This document shows, piece after piece, positions 48,959 through 61,148 of a stretch of DNA of 64,000 bases; positions within the stretch are counted from its first letter, which is position 1, and each line of letters opens with the position of its first letter. The translations under genes were made by a program, and so were the position numbers. The notes below the pieces were generated by a model that saw only the letters and a list, made by a program, of their open reading frames with translations, was not told the origin of the DNA and did not search any database. Origin of the DNA: Bdellovibrionales bacterium (GTDB lineage Bacteria > Bdellovibrionota > Bdellovibrionia > Bdellovibrionales > UBA1609); assembly GCA_965219095.1 (NCBI GenBank), contig CBDCMT010000001.1, forward strand, positions 1,824,001 through 1,888,000, read 5' to 3'.

Positions 48959-49083
48959 GTTCAGTGTTTCGGAGCGATGCAGTAATTATAAGTATTTAAT
49001 ATAATTAGATTTTTTTATTTTCTTATTTAAGAAGACAATCAACAAATAGCACAGTATATAAATTCAGAATGGTGTGTATAAAC

Positions 49084-50526
49084 TCAGATCGTTTTTAATT
49101 TTAACTCGTAAGATTCTTCCTCTCTTTTTACATCAAGGGTTTTGTAAATTTCCCTTGCCTCTTTTGATAGCTCTTTAGCAATCATGTACTTTTGTTTTGT
49201 CTTTGTATTTTTTAAGATCCATTTTTCTACATCACATAATATTTTAATTAACTTTCCTACTCCATACTCTACGTTTTTTGATTTTAAAGAAAGTTCTGTA
49301 TATCTTAGGACACTATAAGACAGGAAACAAATTAAAATATGAGCTTTAATTCGCCTTGAAAGCTGATGAAAGATAGGCCTCATTTTAAGAGTGTGCTTAT
49401 TCATCCGAAAAGATTCTTCTATTTTCCAAAGTTTTTTATAGGAAGCTTCTGCTTCTGTTGAGCTAAAGTTTTTTATATTGGTGCAAATTCCTACAATTCC
49501 ATCCCACTGACAATCCTCTAATACTTTATCCTTATTCAGTCGAGTAGAGCTTTTAACTTTCTCTAAATATTTACTCATTCCTCTGTTTTTAATCAGTTTC
49601 TCTGTTTGAATGTCTCCCTTTGAGTTCTGTGCTTTTGTGATCATTTCAAGTATCTTTTCTCTTTTTTTTCTATCATGAGCTGACCTTTTCTCAGAGTGAA
49701 TCACAAAGACATCTTTTTGTTCATAGGAAAATTTAAAAACCCTCTTATCTTCATTGATTGTACTATAATTTTTTTTGTCTAAAATTTCTTTCTTTATCTT
49801 TTCAGACATCTTCCTCAAGGGACAGGATATAATATACTCCATGGAAAAGGAACTGCTATCAAAAGTAAGAGAGATTTTTTTTTGAAAACATTGCTTTATC
49901 TGCTGTCACTCTTATCTTTTTTAAATTGTATTTTTTCTGAGCGTTCTCAAGACAAGGTATGAAGGTCTTTGTTTCTGACATATTTCCAGGGTAAACCTCA
50001 TAATTTATGGGAAGACCATCCCCATCTGTCATAAGAGCTAAAACAACCTGGACCTCCTTAAACTATCCTTAAAACTTGATCATAAGTAAACTTTTCCTGA
50101 AAGCGGTTTAAAATTAAATCAACAGCTCTTAACTTACTTGAAGGCTCTAAAAACCTTGCAAGAACACAGCACTTGAGAAGGGCATTCCAATGCTTATCTT
50201 TTCTTGTACCTTGGATTAATTTCTCAAAACCTAATCGCTCGTAGATAGAACCAAAAACATCCTTGATTCCATCATTCAATGTAATATCTTCTCTTGTGTG
50301 ACATAAATTGAGAGAAGCCATCATAGTGAGCTTTTGTTTTTTTTTTTGTTTCTAACTCCAACTTTAGGCTTAGGGCCATTTTTTTTAAATGCTCTATCTC
50401 TTCCGGAATTTTTGATTGTCCTAGGGTTTTAATGATCTTTATTTTAACTTTTCCATCTTTTCTATAGCCATGGACTAAGCGAATGACCGTGATCCCATTT
50501 TTTCTTTTAGGAGTTGTGATGTACAT
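49084..50526 (-). pseudogene. Second IS1634-family transposase, fragmented
   Basis: RLVHGYRKDGKVK, ARFLEPSSKL, WDGIVGICTN, YKKLWKIEESFR..K..LKMRPIFH...IKAHILICFL across three ORFs. Confidence 0.85.
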
Positions 50527-50654
50527 AGTTCCCCCTTTTCTTTAAGCTTACAGCAAAAATAACAGCAAATCAAAAAAGGCAATCAATAAGAAAAATCAAA
50601 GGAAAATACAAAAAATCTAATGCTTTCAATGGATTAAAAATTTGAAGCAGTGTA

Positions 50655-50875
50655 TATAGTGCTTCCGTTTAGGTTTTCAGGTTCCTAAGATGGAGAAGTT
50701 ATCAGTTATCAAAGTTTCTAATTTAGGCCTGTGTTTTCGTATTCCTCTAAAAAATTGACTTAAACTTCCCTATTTTGGAACCTTTTTGGATATTTTAACA
50801 TTTCCACCTCCTTTGATTTTAGGAGGTAGCCTCTTTTTGGAGGTCATGGACAAAAATCTAAGCGCTGTTACTGTA
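50655..50875. mobile_element. ~220-bp IS630-A derivative
   Basis: Starts with ~115 bp of the IS630-A 3' end; closes with aaaatctaagcgctgttactgta. Confidence 0.65.
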
Positions 50876-51134
50876 TGGCCATGCATTAGGTTTAAATATA
50901 ATGTAAAGGACAAGGACTTCCCAAAAGAATAACAGAGTGGAAAGGGAACTTATGTAATTTTTACATTTGTATTTTTTTCTCTTGAAAAATTGTTTAAGAT
51001 TGATTATAAAGTAAAAGTTCTTTCATAAACATTAGAATGAAGCTGTGATTTTTAAGCTTTATGAAGAAACAAGGAAAAGTAAAATAAAGCAAAAATTTAA
51101 GTAACAGCTAAAGAACAAAAGGAAGGAGAACAAA

Positions 51135-51824
51135 ATGAAATTAACAAAACTATTGACTGCTACTTTGTTAGGAGTCAATACTATAGCATCCCATAATTTA
51201 TGGGCTAATCACTGGGAGAGGGGTTTGAATTCAAATTCATACTCATCTTACTTAAGTTTGAAGAAGATGACCGAAGAGCGAACTGTTGATGTTAAGACTC
51301 TAGCAATACCACAAGGTTCAGAGTGTATTTCAGATTTTGGAGCATTAGTATTAGAAATGGAATGGTCAGAATCAGAACTTGATTCTAACAATGGTAATTT
51401 AGGGGTAGGATCAGGTCTTTTATTTTCGGGTACGTCCTTTCAAGGAGCTAAGTACAATGGCAGTGCAGTAACTCGTTTTAATGGTTTAACAGTCAGTGAA
51501 CTAACTGCAACAGGTATGTTTACTTCTATGGCGCTTTTTGCTTATGCTCTCCATTTACTAGAGAGAAAAACACGAGCAAGAACTGTACAGGCTGTGGCTG
51601 AAGCTTATGAGCTTGTACCGACTTCAAGCATGACTGAGAGGTTGGCTGAGAATTACGGTATGTCTGATGAGGAAGTGAAAACTAAGATTAGACAAATGAA
51701 TGAAGAAGGACAGCTTTGTAAAATCGAAAAGGTTGTGGATCCTCAAGGTCACTGGGAATCACTCACCGTACCTGCTGTAAGAGAGTTGTTTGTTCCTGTA
51801 GCGTTCCATAAAATAGAATTTTAG
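51135..51824 (+). CDS. Exported hypothetical protein
   Basis: AAGGAG RBS, signal-like N-terminus, followed by a terminator. Confidence 0.7.
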   Translation: MKLTKLLTATLLGVNTIASHNLWANHWERGLNSNSYSSYLSLKKMTEERTVDVKTLAIPQGSECISDFGALVLEMEWSESELDSNNGNLGVGSGLLFSGTSFQGAKYNGSAVTRFNGLTVSELTATGMFTSMALFAYALHLLERKTRARTVQAVAEAYELVPTSSMTERLAENYGMSDEEVKTKIRQMNEEGQLCKIEKVVDPQGHWESLTVPAVRELFVPVAFHKIEF

Positions 51825-51851
51825 ACAAGTTCAAGTTTTTTAATTTAGGTC

Positions 51852-51883
51852 AAAAGTTCTCTTCTAGGAGGGAACTTTTTTTT
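51852..51883 (+). terminator. Rho-independent terminator
   Basis: Hairpin aaaagttctctt-ctag-gagggaactttt followed by a T-run. Confidence 0.7.
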
Positions 51884-52281
51884 ATTCTCTTAAGCTCTGA
51901 TACAATATGAAGAGGGAATTGTGTTTCAAAAATTATCTAGAAATAATGATAAAAAAAATATGTTATCTAGGAGAATTTTCTAGTCCTATGAAAGAAAGTC
52001 AATTTTTGCAAAAACAAGGAAGGATGGGTTAAAAGTAAGTCGGTTATCTATAAAAAATTAGGCCTGAAATCCATTTTAACCCCTAAAATCATATAAAAAT
52101 CCTATAACGTACCGTTTAAAATGTAGTGATCACGGTTTTGCGTAACCACTTGAAATCATTAGATTCTTAAAAAGAAAACGCTGAAGTCGGGATAAAGATA
52201 GGGTAGTAGTTGAGCACTTGGGGGTAGAAGATGAAAAAAAAGACATAAGGAAACGTATCGGGGGTTCGATACTTTTCTTAG

Positions 52282-52350
<69 letters not shown>

Positions 52351-52372
<22 letters not shown>

Positions 52373-52848
52373 AAAGAAGATTTTTTCTGTTGCCTCTTTT
52401 CTTTAAAAAAAGTTGTTAACATTTCAGAGCATTCTTTTTTTAAAATACCTTTTGTGACAGAGAGCTTTGAAGAAAGATAGGGGAGATAGGCAGTGGTATC
52501 CAAAACGAGGGGTTGTTCTGCATTTGAAGCTCCATAAATAAGTCTTGAAATACGACTGGAAATAATGGCTCCCCAACACATAACGCATGGATCTAGAGTA
52601 ACATAAAGATAGCAGTTTAACAGCCTCCAGTTTTTAAGTCTTTTTGAAGCTTGGTTGATCACTTTGATTTCAGCATGGCAGATAACATTCTGAGAGAGTT
52701 CTTTTGTGTTATAAGCCTTTGATATAATTTGATTGTTCTTGACTAAGACGGCTCCTACAGGGACTTCATCTAAGATTTGAGCTTTTTGAGCTTCTTTTAG
52801 GGCTTCCTGCATAAAGAGAATATCTTGTTTTTTGGATCCATAAGACAT
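52351..52848 (-). CDS. tadA: tRNA-specific adenosine deaminase
   Basis: EVPVGAVLV, HAE, WRL...LYVTL.PCVMC. Confidence 0.92.
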
Positions 52849-52938
52849 AGTTTATATTTGACATTTTTAGAGGGTTTTGTCAAAAAGTTGTCAAAACCTT
52901 TTTATTTTGCTACAGTCAACAAGTTAAAGGAGTTAAAA

Positions 52939-53136
52939 GTGGCGTTTGTAAGTTTAAGGTATAATGAATCTTTTGAACAGCTTTTTAGGCGTTTTAAGAA
53001 AACTTGTGAAAAAGCAGCTATTTTAACTGAGGTGAAAAAAAGATCCTATTTTGAAAAACCAGGCCTTAAAAGAAAGAAAAAGTCTTTAGCAGCTAGGAAA
53101 AGGAAAACTAGGAAAATAAAAAGGATAGTTTTTTAA
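52939..53136 (+). CDS. rpsU: 30S ribosomal protein S21
   Basis: GTG start after AAGGAG; ESFEQLFRRFKK.CEKAAIL.E.KKR.YFEKP; position ahead of yqeY-dnaG-rpoD. Confidence 0.93.
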   Translation: MAFVSLRYNESFEQLFRRFKKTCEKAAILTEVKKRSYFEKPGLKRKKKSLAARKRKTRKIKRIVF

Positions 53137-53137
53137 G

Positions 53138-53590
53138 ATGGATGATTCTTTAAGAGATAAAATCGTAGAAGATGTTAAGTCTGCTATGAAGAGCAAAGAT
53201 ACTTTGAAAGTAAGTGCTTTGCGTATGATTCAATCAGCTTTAAAAAATAAAGAGATTGAAAGACGTCCTAATAAGTTAAGTCTTCAAGATGTCCTTCAAG
53301 TGTTAAGGAAAATGTATAAAGAAAGAGAGGATTCTATTCAACAGTATACAAAAGCTGGACGTAAAGATTTAGCTGATAAAGAAAATTATGAACTCGATCT
53401 TTTAAAATTTTATCTTCCTAAGCCTTTAAGTGAAGAAGAAATGAAAACTTTAGTTTTTAATGTGATCAAAGATTTACACGCTACATCTATGAAAGATATG
53501 TCTAGAGTTATGAAAGAGATAGGTCAACGTAACCATGGACCTGTTGACAATAGACTTGTTAGTCAGCTAGTAAAAGATCAGCTTTCATAA
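53138..53590 (+). CDS. yqeY: GatB/YqeY domain protein
   Basis: KSAMKSKD...LRMIQSAL...REDSIQQY.KAGR.DLA..E...YLP..LSEEE. Confidence 0.92.
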   Translation: MDDSLRDKIVEDVKSAMKSKDTLKVSALRMIQSALKNKEIERRPNKLSLQDVLQVLRKMYKEREDSIQQYTKAGRKDLADKENYELDLLKFYLPKPLSEEEMKTLVFNVIKDLHATSMKDMSRVMKEIGQRNHGPVDNRLVSQLVKDQLS

Positions 53591-53599
53591 GGGGGCTTT

Positions 53600-55405
53600 A
53601 TGAAATTTTCAGCAGATTTTATCACTCAGGTGTGTGGGGCTCATAATATTGTTGATTTCATCTCTCAGCATACTGAGTTGAAATTAATGAGTTCAGGGCA
53701 ATATATGGGGCTTTGTCCTTTTCCTGATCATAAGGAAAAAACTCCTAGTTTTTCCGTTTCTGAAAACAAACAAGTTTATTATTGTTTTGGGTGTAAGAAA
53801 TCAGGTAATATTTATCATTTTTTAGAAGAAATCCAAGGGCTTCATTTTGTTGATGCTGTGATATTTTTATCTGAGAAAGCAGGAATTTCTCTTTCTCATA
53901 TGCAGGGTTCAAAAAAAGAAGAACAGATCTTGGAAAAGAAGAGAAAATTTTTAGAAATCAATAATTTTTCTTGTGAGTATTTCAAAATACAAATGAAAAA
54001 AATGCCTCTTGATCTTAAAAATTATTTTACAGAAAGAAAGCTTTCAGAAAAAATTATTGAAAAATTTCAAATAGGCTATGCTTCTGATCAGTGGCAAGGT
54101 TTATGTGATTTTTTGCGATCGAAACAAGTTGATCTTCAATTGGCTTCCGATTTAGGACTTATTAAGATGGGTAAGAAAGGTTATTTTGATATGTACCGCC
54201 ATCGTGTGACTTTTTCTATTCTCTCTGCTCACAAAAAAGAGATTATAGGTTTTGGAGCGAGGACTTTAGATGGAGCTCAAAACCCTAAATATATCAATAG
54301 TTCCGATTCTTTGATCTTTAATAAGTCTGAAATACTTTATGGTTTAAGTCATGCTCTTCAAGAGATCCGTAAAGAAGATCAGGTAATTGTTGTAGAAGGT
54401 TACATGGATTATCTTTCTTTGTATCAAGCAGGTATAAAGAATGTAGTGGCTAACTTAGGGACAGCTTTGACCTCTTCTCATATTAAAACTCTGAAAAAAT
54501 ACACTCAGAATATCCTTATTTTCTTTGATGGGGATCAAGCAGGGCAAATGGCTTTAGAAAGAAGTGCTCAAAGTCTCTTTAAAGAAGGCCTTTTTCCTCG
54601 GGGTCTTGTTTTAGAAGACAATCATGATCCAGATGATTTTTTAAGAGCTTATGGTATTAAAGAATTAAAGAAGAGAATCAAAAAAGCCCCTGAGTTGTTT
54701 TATTTTCTTATGACAAAAGCTTTTGAAGGTTATCAAGGGCAGGGGATTGAAAAAGTGCAGATTATTGAGAGACTTAAAGTGTATTTGGAGGGAATTAAAG
54801 ATAACACGCTTAAGATGATTTATTGTCAGAGCTTAGCTGATAGATTGTCTGTAGATTTGTCTTATGTCAAAGGGCTTTTTAGTAACTCTAAAACTCTTTA
54901 TAAAGCAAAACAGCAGTTTGAAAGAGTTACAGAAAGGAAGGGGTCTGGAGATTATGAATTTGATCTTAGAGGAATTTCTCAGCCTGAGCTTTTACTTTTG
55001 AATTTAGCTCTAAGTGATGAGAACTATTTTCTAAAAATTAAAGACTTGGGGGGTTTTGAGGCTTGTGGACATGAGGGGCTCAGGGAGCTTTGGAGGGAGA
55101 TTTTATCCTATGTTTATAAGCCGACACAAGATTTTCATCACATAACCTCTTTTCTTATGAACAGAATTGAGCCACGAGAAAGCCTTCAGGTTTTAGAAGC
55201 ACAACACCACTGGACTCTTATGAATGCAGAAAAAAAAGATAGATTTTTTCAAGATTGCTTGAAAAAAGTCAAAAAACAGTGGCTTGATGTGGAAAGGAAA
55301 AAATTACAATCAAAACTTTTTACTGAGAAATCTGATGTGGATTCGAAGAATATTTTGGAACAGATTGTGAATATACAAAAAGAGAAGTCTCAATGGGATG
55401 GCTGA
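53600..55405 (+). CDS. dnaG: DNA primase
   Basis: CPFPDHKEKTPSF...CFGC, GFGAR, PKYINS, VVEGYMD, FDGDQAG, DPDD. Confidence 0.98.
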   Translation: MKFSADFITQVCGAHNIVDFISQHTELKLMSSGQYMGLCPFPDHKEKTPSFSVSENKQVYYCFGCKKSGNIYHFLEEIQGLHFVDAVIFLSEKAGISLSHMQGSKKEEQILEKKRKFLEINNFSCEYFKIQMKKMPLDLKNYFTERKLSEKIIEKFQIGYASDQWQGLCDFLRSKQVDLQLASDLGLIKMGKKGYFDMYRHRVTFSILSAHKKEIIGFGARTLDGAQNPKYINSSDSLIFNKSEILYGLSHALQEIRKEDQVIVVEGYMDYLSLYQAGIKNVVANLGTALTSSHIKTLKKYTQNILIFFDGDQAGQMALERSAQSLFKEGLFPRGLVLEDNHDPDDFLRAYGIKELKKRIKKAPELFYFLMTKAFEGYQGQGIEKVQIIERLKVYLEGIKDNTLKMIYCQSLADRLSVDLSYVKGLFSNSKTLYKAKQQFERVTERKGSGDYEFDLRGISQPELLLLNLALSDENYFLKIKDLGGFEACGHEGLRELWREILSYVYKPTQDFHHITSFLMNRIEPRESLQVLEAQHHWTLMNAEKKDRFFQDCLKKVKKQWLDVERKKLQSKLFTEKSDVDSKNILEQIVNIQKEKSQWDG

Positions 55406-55572
55406 GATTGAACTGAGGTGGGTTTGAGCCTTGAAGAGGTAACAATTTTTGGAAGGGAGTGACAATTTTTGTCCTTTTGGGTTTTGATTATGGTAAAATG
55501 TAGAGGTTTAAGCCTTGTTTTTTTGAAAAATGGCTTTCCTCAGAAAGAAATTGAAGAAAGGAGTATAAAGTT

Positions 55573-57369
55573 ATGGCAGTTTTATTATCTTTAAAAGAGC
55601 AGAAAAAATTACTTCCGGAAGAGATTCAAAAAATCATTATTCTCTTTCAAGAGGATAAGAAACAGGCCCTTAAAGTAAGGGCTATTAATGAGACTTTAGA
55701 TCCTCGTATTTTAGACCCTAGTGTTATTGACGAGTTCATGAGAGCTTTAGAACTTAAAGGGGTCACTTGGGTTGAGGGTAGTGATTCTCATATTGAAAGC
55801 GAAGTAGAGGATTTTTTACTTGAATTTGATGAAGAGCAAGAAGAAGAAAAAGTTGATTCAAAAAGCAATGATCCTGTGAAGCTTTATTTAAAGAGAATGG
55901 GAAGCGTATCTCTTCTTACAAGAGAAGGAGAGGTGGAGATTGCTACACGGATTGAAGATGGTGAAAGAAAAATTGTGAAAGCTATTTTAATGTCTCCTAT
56001 GGGAACTGATGAAATCATTCGTTTAGGAAAAAGGGTTGAAGAGGGGCGTACTAAACCTCAAGAGATTTTTAGAGGTTTAGAAGGTGAAGATGTTAGCTAT
56101 ACAGATGAAGAGTATTTAGCGAAAATTAAAGAACTTCTTTTTTATGTAGAGGCTTATAAACAAAAAGTAGTTTCTGTTTTTCATACTTTAAGAATTCAAG
56201 ATAGGCTTTCTTTGGAAAGTAAAGAGAGTTTTGAGGTTTTGAGGAGAATAAATGGCGAACTTATGGAGCAATTTCAAAAGATTAACTTTAATAGGAAAGT
56301 CATTAACCGTATTGTTGTGAAATTTAAAAATCTTGTGATGAGGTTGAGAGAACTTCAAAATAGAGAGAAAAACATTCTTAGGAAAACCTTTTCTAATAGC
56401 TATGAAAGTTTTGTGGAAAGAATTGAAAATTCTGAAAATAACGAAAGGACTGTGCAAGAGTTAAAGGCTAATACAGGTTTAAGTTGGAATGAAGCTATAA
56501 AGTATTGTCAAGTAATTAAAGATGCTTATACGAGAAGACAGTGTCTTTTACAAGATTGTAAAATGTCTTTTGAGTGGATACGTGATGTTTACACAGATAT
56601 TTGGAAAGGTGAGAGTGATGCTGATGGTGCTAAGTCAGAGCTTGTAGAGGCTAACTTAAGACTTGTAGTTTCTATTGCTAAAAAATATACAAACCGTGGT
56701 CTTCAGTTCTTAGATTTGATTCAAGAAGGTAATATTGGGCTTATGAAAGCTGTGGATAAATTTGAATATCGTAGAGGTTATAAATTTTCGACTTATGCAA
56801 CATGGTGGATTCGTCAAGCGATTACTAGAGCGATTGCAGATCAAGCTCGTACCATTCGTATTCCTGTTCATATGATTGAAACTATTAATAAAATGCTAAG
56901 AGCTTCTAGGCAACTTGTTCAAGAGTTAGGAAGGGAGCCTTCCCCTGAAGAAGTGGCTGAAAAAATGGGAATGCCTGTAGATAAAACTTTGAAAGTTTTG
57001 AAAATAGCTAAAGAGCCGATCAGTTTAGAAACTCCTGTAGGAGAGGAAGAAGATTCCCATTTAGGAGACTTTATTGAAGATAAAAAAATGGTCAATCCCT
57101 CTGAGGCGATCTTAAATTTGAACTTAGCAGAGCAAACAAGGAAAGTCTTATCGACTCTGACTCCAAGAGAAGAGAGAGTTCTAAGAATGCGTTTTGGTAT
57201 AGGGGAAGAAAGTGATCATACTTTAGAAGAAGTGGGACAAGACTTTAATGTAACAAGAGAAAGAATTAGACAAATTGAAGCCAAAGCCTTAAGAAAATTA
57301 AGGCATCCTAACCGTTCTTCACGTCTTAAAAGTTTTCTTGAAAGTCTTGATCTTGATCAAAAAGATTGA
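55573..57369 (+). CDS. rpoD: RNA polymerase primary sigma factor
   Basis: [56 protein letters not shown]. Confidence 0.98.
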   Translation: MAVLLSLKEQKKLLPEEIQKIIILFQEDKKQALKVRAINETLDPRILDPSVIDEFMRALELKGVTWVEGSDSHIESEVEDFLLEFDEEQEEEKVDSKSNDPVKLYLKRMGSVSLLTREGEVEIATRIEDGERKIVKAILMSPMGTDEIIRLGKRVEEGRTKPQEIFRGLEGEDVSYTDEEYLAKIKELLFYVEAYKQKVVSVFHTLRIQDRLSLESKESFEVLRRINGELMEQFQKINFNRKVINRIVVKFKNLVMRLRELQNREKNILRKTFSNSYESFVERIENSENNERTVQELKANTGLSWNEAIKYCQVIKDAYTRRQCLLQDCKMSFEWIRDVYTDIWKGESDADGAKSELVEANLRLVVSIAKKYTNRGLQFLDLIQEGNIGLMKAVDKFEYRRGYKFSTYATWWIRQAITRAIADQARTIRIPVHMIETINKMLRASRQLVQELGREPSPEEVAEKMGMPVDKTLKVLKIAKEPISLETPVGEEEDSHLGDFIEDKKMVNPSEAILNLNLAEQTRKVLSTLTPREERVLRMRFGIGEESDHTLEEVGQDFNVTRERIRQIEAKALRKLRHPNRSSRLKSFLESLDLDQKD

Positions 57370-57379
57370 TCATAATTGA

Positions 57380-57456
57380 AGGGGCATAGCTTAGTTGGTT
57401 AAAGCATCTGGCTCATAACCGGAGGATCCGAGGTTCAAATCCTCGTGTCCCTACCA
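57380..57456 (+). tRNA. tRNA with CAT anticodon (Ile2/lysidine type likely, elongator Met not excluded)
   Basis: Acceptor AGGGGCA/TGTCCCT; anticodon loop CTCATAA; GGTTCAAATCC; ACCA end. Paired 1:72 and the absence of a GGG/CCC anticodon stem argue against initiator. Position after rpoD favours Ile2. Confidence 0.9.
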
Positions 57457-57812
57457 ATACGAACATTATACGAACCTATGACCATGTCATTATGAGCTTG
57501 GTGTTCGTTATTACTTAATGGAAGATAGGTACATCCAAAGTACTGAACAGCTATTTTATCTTTATAGACTGTGACTTTTTTTATAATGTTTGAGAGGAGT
57601 TCTTTTCTTTGGCACTGTGTTATTTTAGATAATTTTTTATTGACTATTTGTAAGGCTGAAAAAACATTTTCAGCTGAGATAACGGTTTCTTTAAAGGAAG
57701 TTCTTTCGTTTTTAAGTCTTTCTACTTCTTGTTTAATTTCACTAGATTTGTCATTTAAAGAGTTAATTTGCTCGAGCAAAAAATCTCTTGCCTTATTGCT
57801 GGTAGCTCTTGC
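57435..57812 (-). pseudogene. C-terminal fragment of a third LSR paralogue reading into the tRNA
   Basis: ISAENVFSALQIVNKKL.KIT..Q.KELLS.IIKKV.VYK aligns with the LSR1 C-terminus; cut by IS630-B. Confidence 0.88.
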
Positions 57813-59219
57813 TAATACCAATTACAGAAATTAATTCAACATTTTTATGTTCAAATTTAAAATTGACTTAAGGAAAAGTTTCAGTTAGGAGGTTTTAAAA
57901 AAACTTCTTTTAAGGTGAGTTTAAGTTTTCATAAGATAAGTTTATTTCAGGTATATCTATTTGTTGTGTGAATCGATTGATGGGTTAAAATAAGTGAAAA
58001 AGTGAGGGTAAAATTTAAAATGACAAAAATCAGTTAAACAATTTAATTTATAGGTTCAAATTAATTTACAAGCTTGATTCATCTTGTTGTTTTGCCCAAG
58101 ATCGAGTGCATAATTTTTTAATCCTGCCCTCCTGATCGCAAAAAGTATTCCAGGCCTCACAACAAGTATTCAGTATATGGTCATAGTTTTTAAAACATGC
58201 ATTCGATAATTTGATCCTTCGTAATTGTTGCCAGACTTGTTCCATGGGATTTAATTCTGGACTATAAGGAGGTAAAGGCATCAGAGATAAATTCTTAGGA
58301 ACTATCAAAGTCTCTGTGGTATGCCAACTGGCTCTGTCCATTAAAACAATTCCATGATAGTTTTCTTGAATATTTTTAGATATCTCATCTAAGTGAATTT
58401 GCATCATCCCTGAATTACATTCCGGTAAAATCCAAGCACAGCCTTTATCTTTATCCGGACAAACTGCTCCAAAAATATAAGTGGATAAAAATTGTCTTTG
58501 CCTCACAACTCTAGGCCGTGTGCCTTTTCTTGCCCAAATCCTGCTCAAAGAACCTTGCTGAGCTTATTCTGCATTCATCCTGCCACCAAATCTCTATTTT
58601 ATGAGTCTGAATCTTTTCTTTTATTTTCTCCACCTCTTCTGGAAAATGTTCCTTAAACTGTTCCATAGCTTCTTAATGAACTTTTAGGATGAAGAGAACG
58701 ACCACTGATCCATACAATATTAAGGCGGTCTAAAGAAACATAAACCCCAGAAAGAGAATAGCAACAGTCAAATTCATCTGCTAAAAGTTTCTGTATTTCC
58801 TTTGCTCCTATGCTTCCTCCCTCTCTTTTGTCTTGAATTTCATCTAACTTGATTTTGAAGTTCTCTTCTTCTGTCACTGGCAAACGAGGCTTGTGTCCTC
58901 TGCCTTCTCGATCTATCAATCCCTCGTAATCAAAGTCTACAAAAAAAGACTGTAACCAGGATTTGATACTGTGACGGTGATACAAAACCATACCTGCTGT
59001 TTCTTGAATCGATTTTCCTTCTTGCATATGCTGCAAAGCCAATAATTTTGTCTTGATGTTGGCACTTCTTTCTACTTTGTAAGTAGCCAGAAAATCATAC
59101 CCTTAAATCTGTGTAACTAAATCTTTTTTCGACATGACTCTAAAAATTTAACAGAGTTTGATCAAAAAGCCAGGAGGCTATGCGTTAAAAGAATGTTGAA
59201 TTAATTTTTGGAAATGGTA
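57813..59219 (-). mobile_element. IS630-B copy with frameshifted transposase
   Basis: Same ends, inverted; ORFs 58653-59042 and 58066-58548. Confidence 0.92.
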
Positions 59220-59343
59220 CAAAAGAAAGAATGGAAAAAGTTAATTCATTTTATTATTCTATTTTATTATACAATTTTATTGAAATTATATCATTTTAGA
59301 AAACAAATAGAGTGTGCTAGAAAGATTTTAGAGGAGAAAAAAC

Positions 59344-59631
59344 TTGAATTTTAATAAGAGACTAAAAGCTTTAAGACAAGGTCAAGGTTGGACGGTAAAA
59401 AGTACAGCTGAGAAACTCGGAGTTCCGGAAACTGCCTATCGAGAGTGGGAGTATGGGAGAGCGATTCAAGGAGAGGAGGAGCCGTATCCAAAAATCGCCT
59501 CACTCTTTAATCTTAGCCTATTTGAGCTTATTACAGGGAAAAAACTGGATCAGAATAAAATTTTTAGAAAGCTTGAACTCTTGGAAGAAAAGGTAAAAAA
59601 CATAAAAAAAGACCTAATGTCGTTTTTTTAA
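59344..59631 (+). CDS. XRE-family HTH transcriptional regulator
   Basis: RLKALRQ.QGWT....AEKLGVPETAYREWEYG. Confidence 0.85.
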   Translation: MNFNKRLKALRQGQGWTVKSTAEKLGVPETAYREWEYGRAIQGEEEPYPKIASLFNLSLFELITGKKLDQNKIFRKLELLEEKVKNIKKDLMSFF

Positions 59632-59732
59632 AGTGAAAGGAGGATTTTTAATAGATAAGAATAGTTTTTTCAAGTAAAGAGTATCAAGCAAAGTAGGAGG
59701 AAAATAAAATAACAAAATAGGAGGATAAAATA

Positions 59733-60326
59733 ATGAAAAAAATAATTTTTTTAGGTATTTTAATAATATCACAACTTGCATATGCTTCAAGAGAGCCTTT
59801 GCCTAACTTCGAAATCAACTCTTCAGATGGGCTTTTTAGAGTTCGTCCAACTACAGATGGTTCGCATCTGGTGATTCATTTACAAACCCCTTTTTATAAA
59901 GATAGTCTAGACAGACAACTAAGAAGACTTGGTTATCCAATATTGGTGGATGAAACAGTTTCGATTCGAATACCAACTGGTCCCAGCTATGCGTTCAAAT
60001 ATGAAAATAATAATTATTTAATTTATTTTGATAGTCGGTATGCAACAAATAGAAGAAAACAAATGAGCCTTATGTTCCGTACTGAGAAAGGAGAAAATTA
60101 TTATATAGAAGAAAAAAATCATCTCAAGATTGTTTTGGGGACCACTTACGTCACTAGAAAAGACTCAGGTTTAATTATCATTTTTGGACGACCTACACCA
60201 ATAGAGCATGAAGTTAAAGTGTTCTTGAAAGTGGAATTTTATGATGAAGAAAATGAAAAACATAGAAAGCTTATTCTAGATAAATCATTTTTTCTTAGAT
60301 ATGAGTATGACAAAGTACAGCCATAA
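59733..60326 (+). CDS. Exported hypothetical protein
   Basis: AGGAGG RBS; signal peptide MKKIIFLGILIISQLAYA. Confidence 0.7.
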   Translation: MKKIIFLGILIISQLAYASREPLPNFEINSSDGLFRVRPTTDGSHLVIHLQTPFYKDSLDRQLRRLGYPILVDETVSIRIPTGPSYAFKYENNNYLIYFDSRYATNRRKQMSLMFRTEKGENYYIEEKNHLKIVLGTTYVTRKDSGLIIIFGRPTPIEHEVKVFLKVEFYDEENEKHRKLILDKSFFLRYEYDKVQP

Positions 60327-60799
60327 GACTTTTTAGTGATTCTAACAGGGAGCATTCGGTGGGGTGTTCCCTGTATTGGAAGATAGCAGTCTAGGCTGGA
60401 AAGTAGTTGTGTGAACCAGCCTTGTTGTACATAGGTGTTTTAGATCAAGTTGCAACTATCACAGATGAAAAGAGGTTATCCTTTTTCGCTTCCTACTCTG
60501 TGACAGAGATCTTTTGACTTTTTGTAGGAAAAAGACTTTCCGCAGAGTCTTTCTATTTCCTCTTGGAAAAGGTCGAAAAGGTCATGGACTAATTTCAGTG
60601 TTTACTCCTTTAAGCTATATAGCAATAAGCTGGCGAATTTCCTCGTGTTTATTTTTTAACATTTGTAACTGAGATTGATATTGTGTATCTTTCATTTAGG
60701 ACTCCCCTCTGGTTTGTTTATAATACCATGAGATTAGCTCAGGGGAACTCCTTCTTCAAACCCTAACGACTTTATGGACAATCTCTTTTTTAGATTCGA

Positions 60800-60961
60800 T
60801 TACCGTTCTCCCTTAGAAGATTTAATTGGAGTTTTACTATTATCATTATGATTAGGATTCGTATTATCTCCTAAACGACGATTAGGGCTATGTTTGCACT
60901 CTTCAGCTGTTACTGTAATCCCGCTAAGGAAAATTACTGTGATTAAAAATATTTTTTTCAT
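60800..60961 (-). CDS. Small exported peptide (53 aa)
   Basis: GAGGAG RBS; MKKIFLITVIFLSGITVTA-EECKHSPNRRLGDNTNP...; below the ORF-track cutoff. Confidence 0.45.
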   Translation of the reverse strand: MKKIFLITVIFLSGITVTAEECKHSPNRRLGDNTNPNHNDNSKTPIKSSKGER

Positions 60962-61148
60962 ATTTATCTCCTCTTTTTTTGTCTCTACCCTTTTTAATGC
61001 AAGAAAACAGCCAGTAGAAAAAGCTCTTTAATTTCAAATAGTTATAAAAAGAATTTGTAAAACCTTAAAAAAAGATTTTAAGTTCCTAAAAAGGGGAGCT
61101 AAAAGCTCTTTGAGTGTCTAACTTTTAAACAACTATCTAACAATTTTT

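Noticed and set aside
52825..52938. N-terminal extension of rpsU in the ORF track
   Set aside because: The RBS and S21 homology support GTG at 52939.
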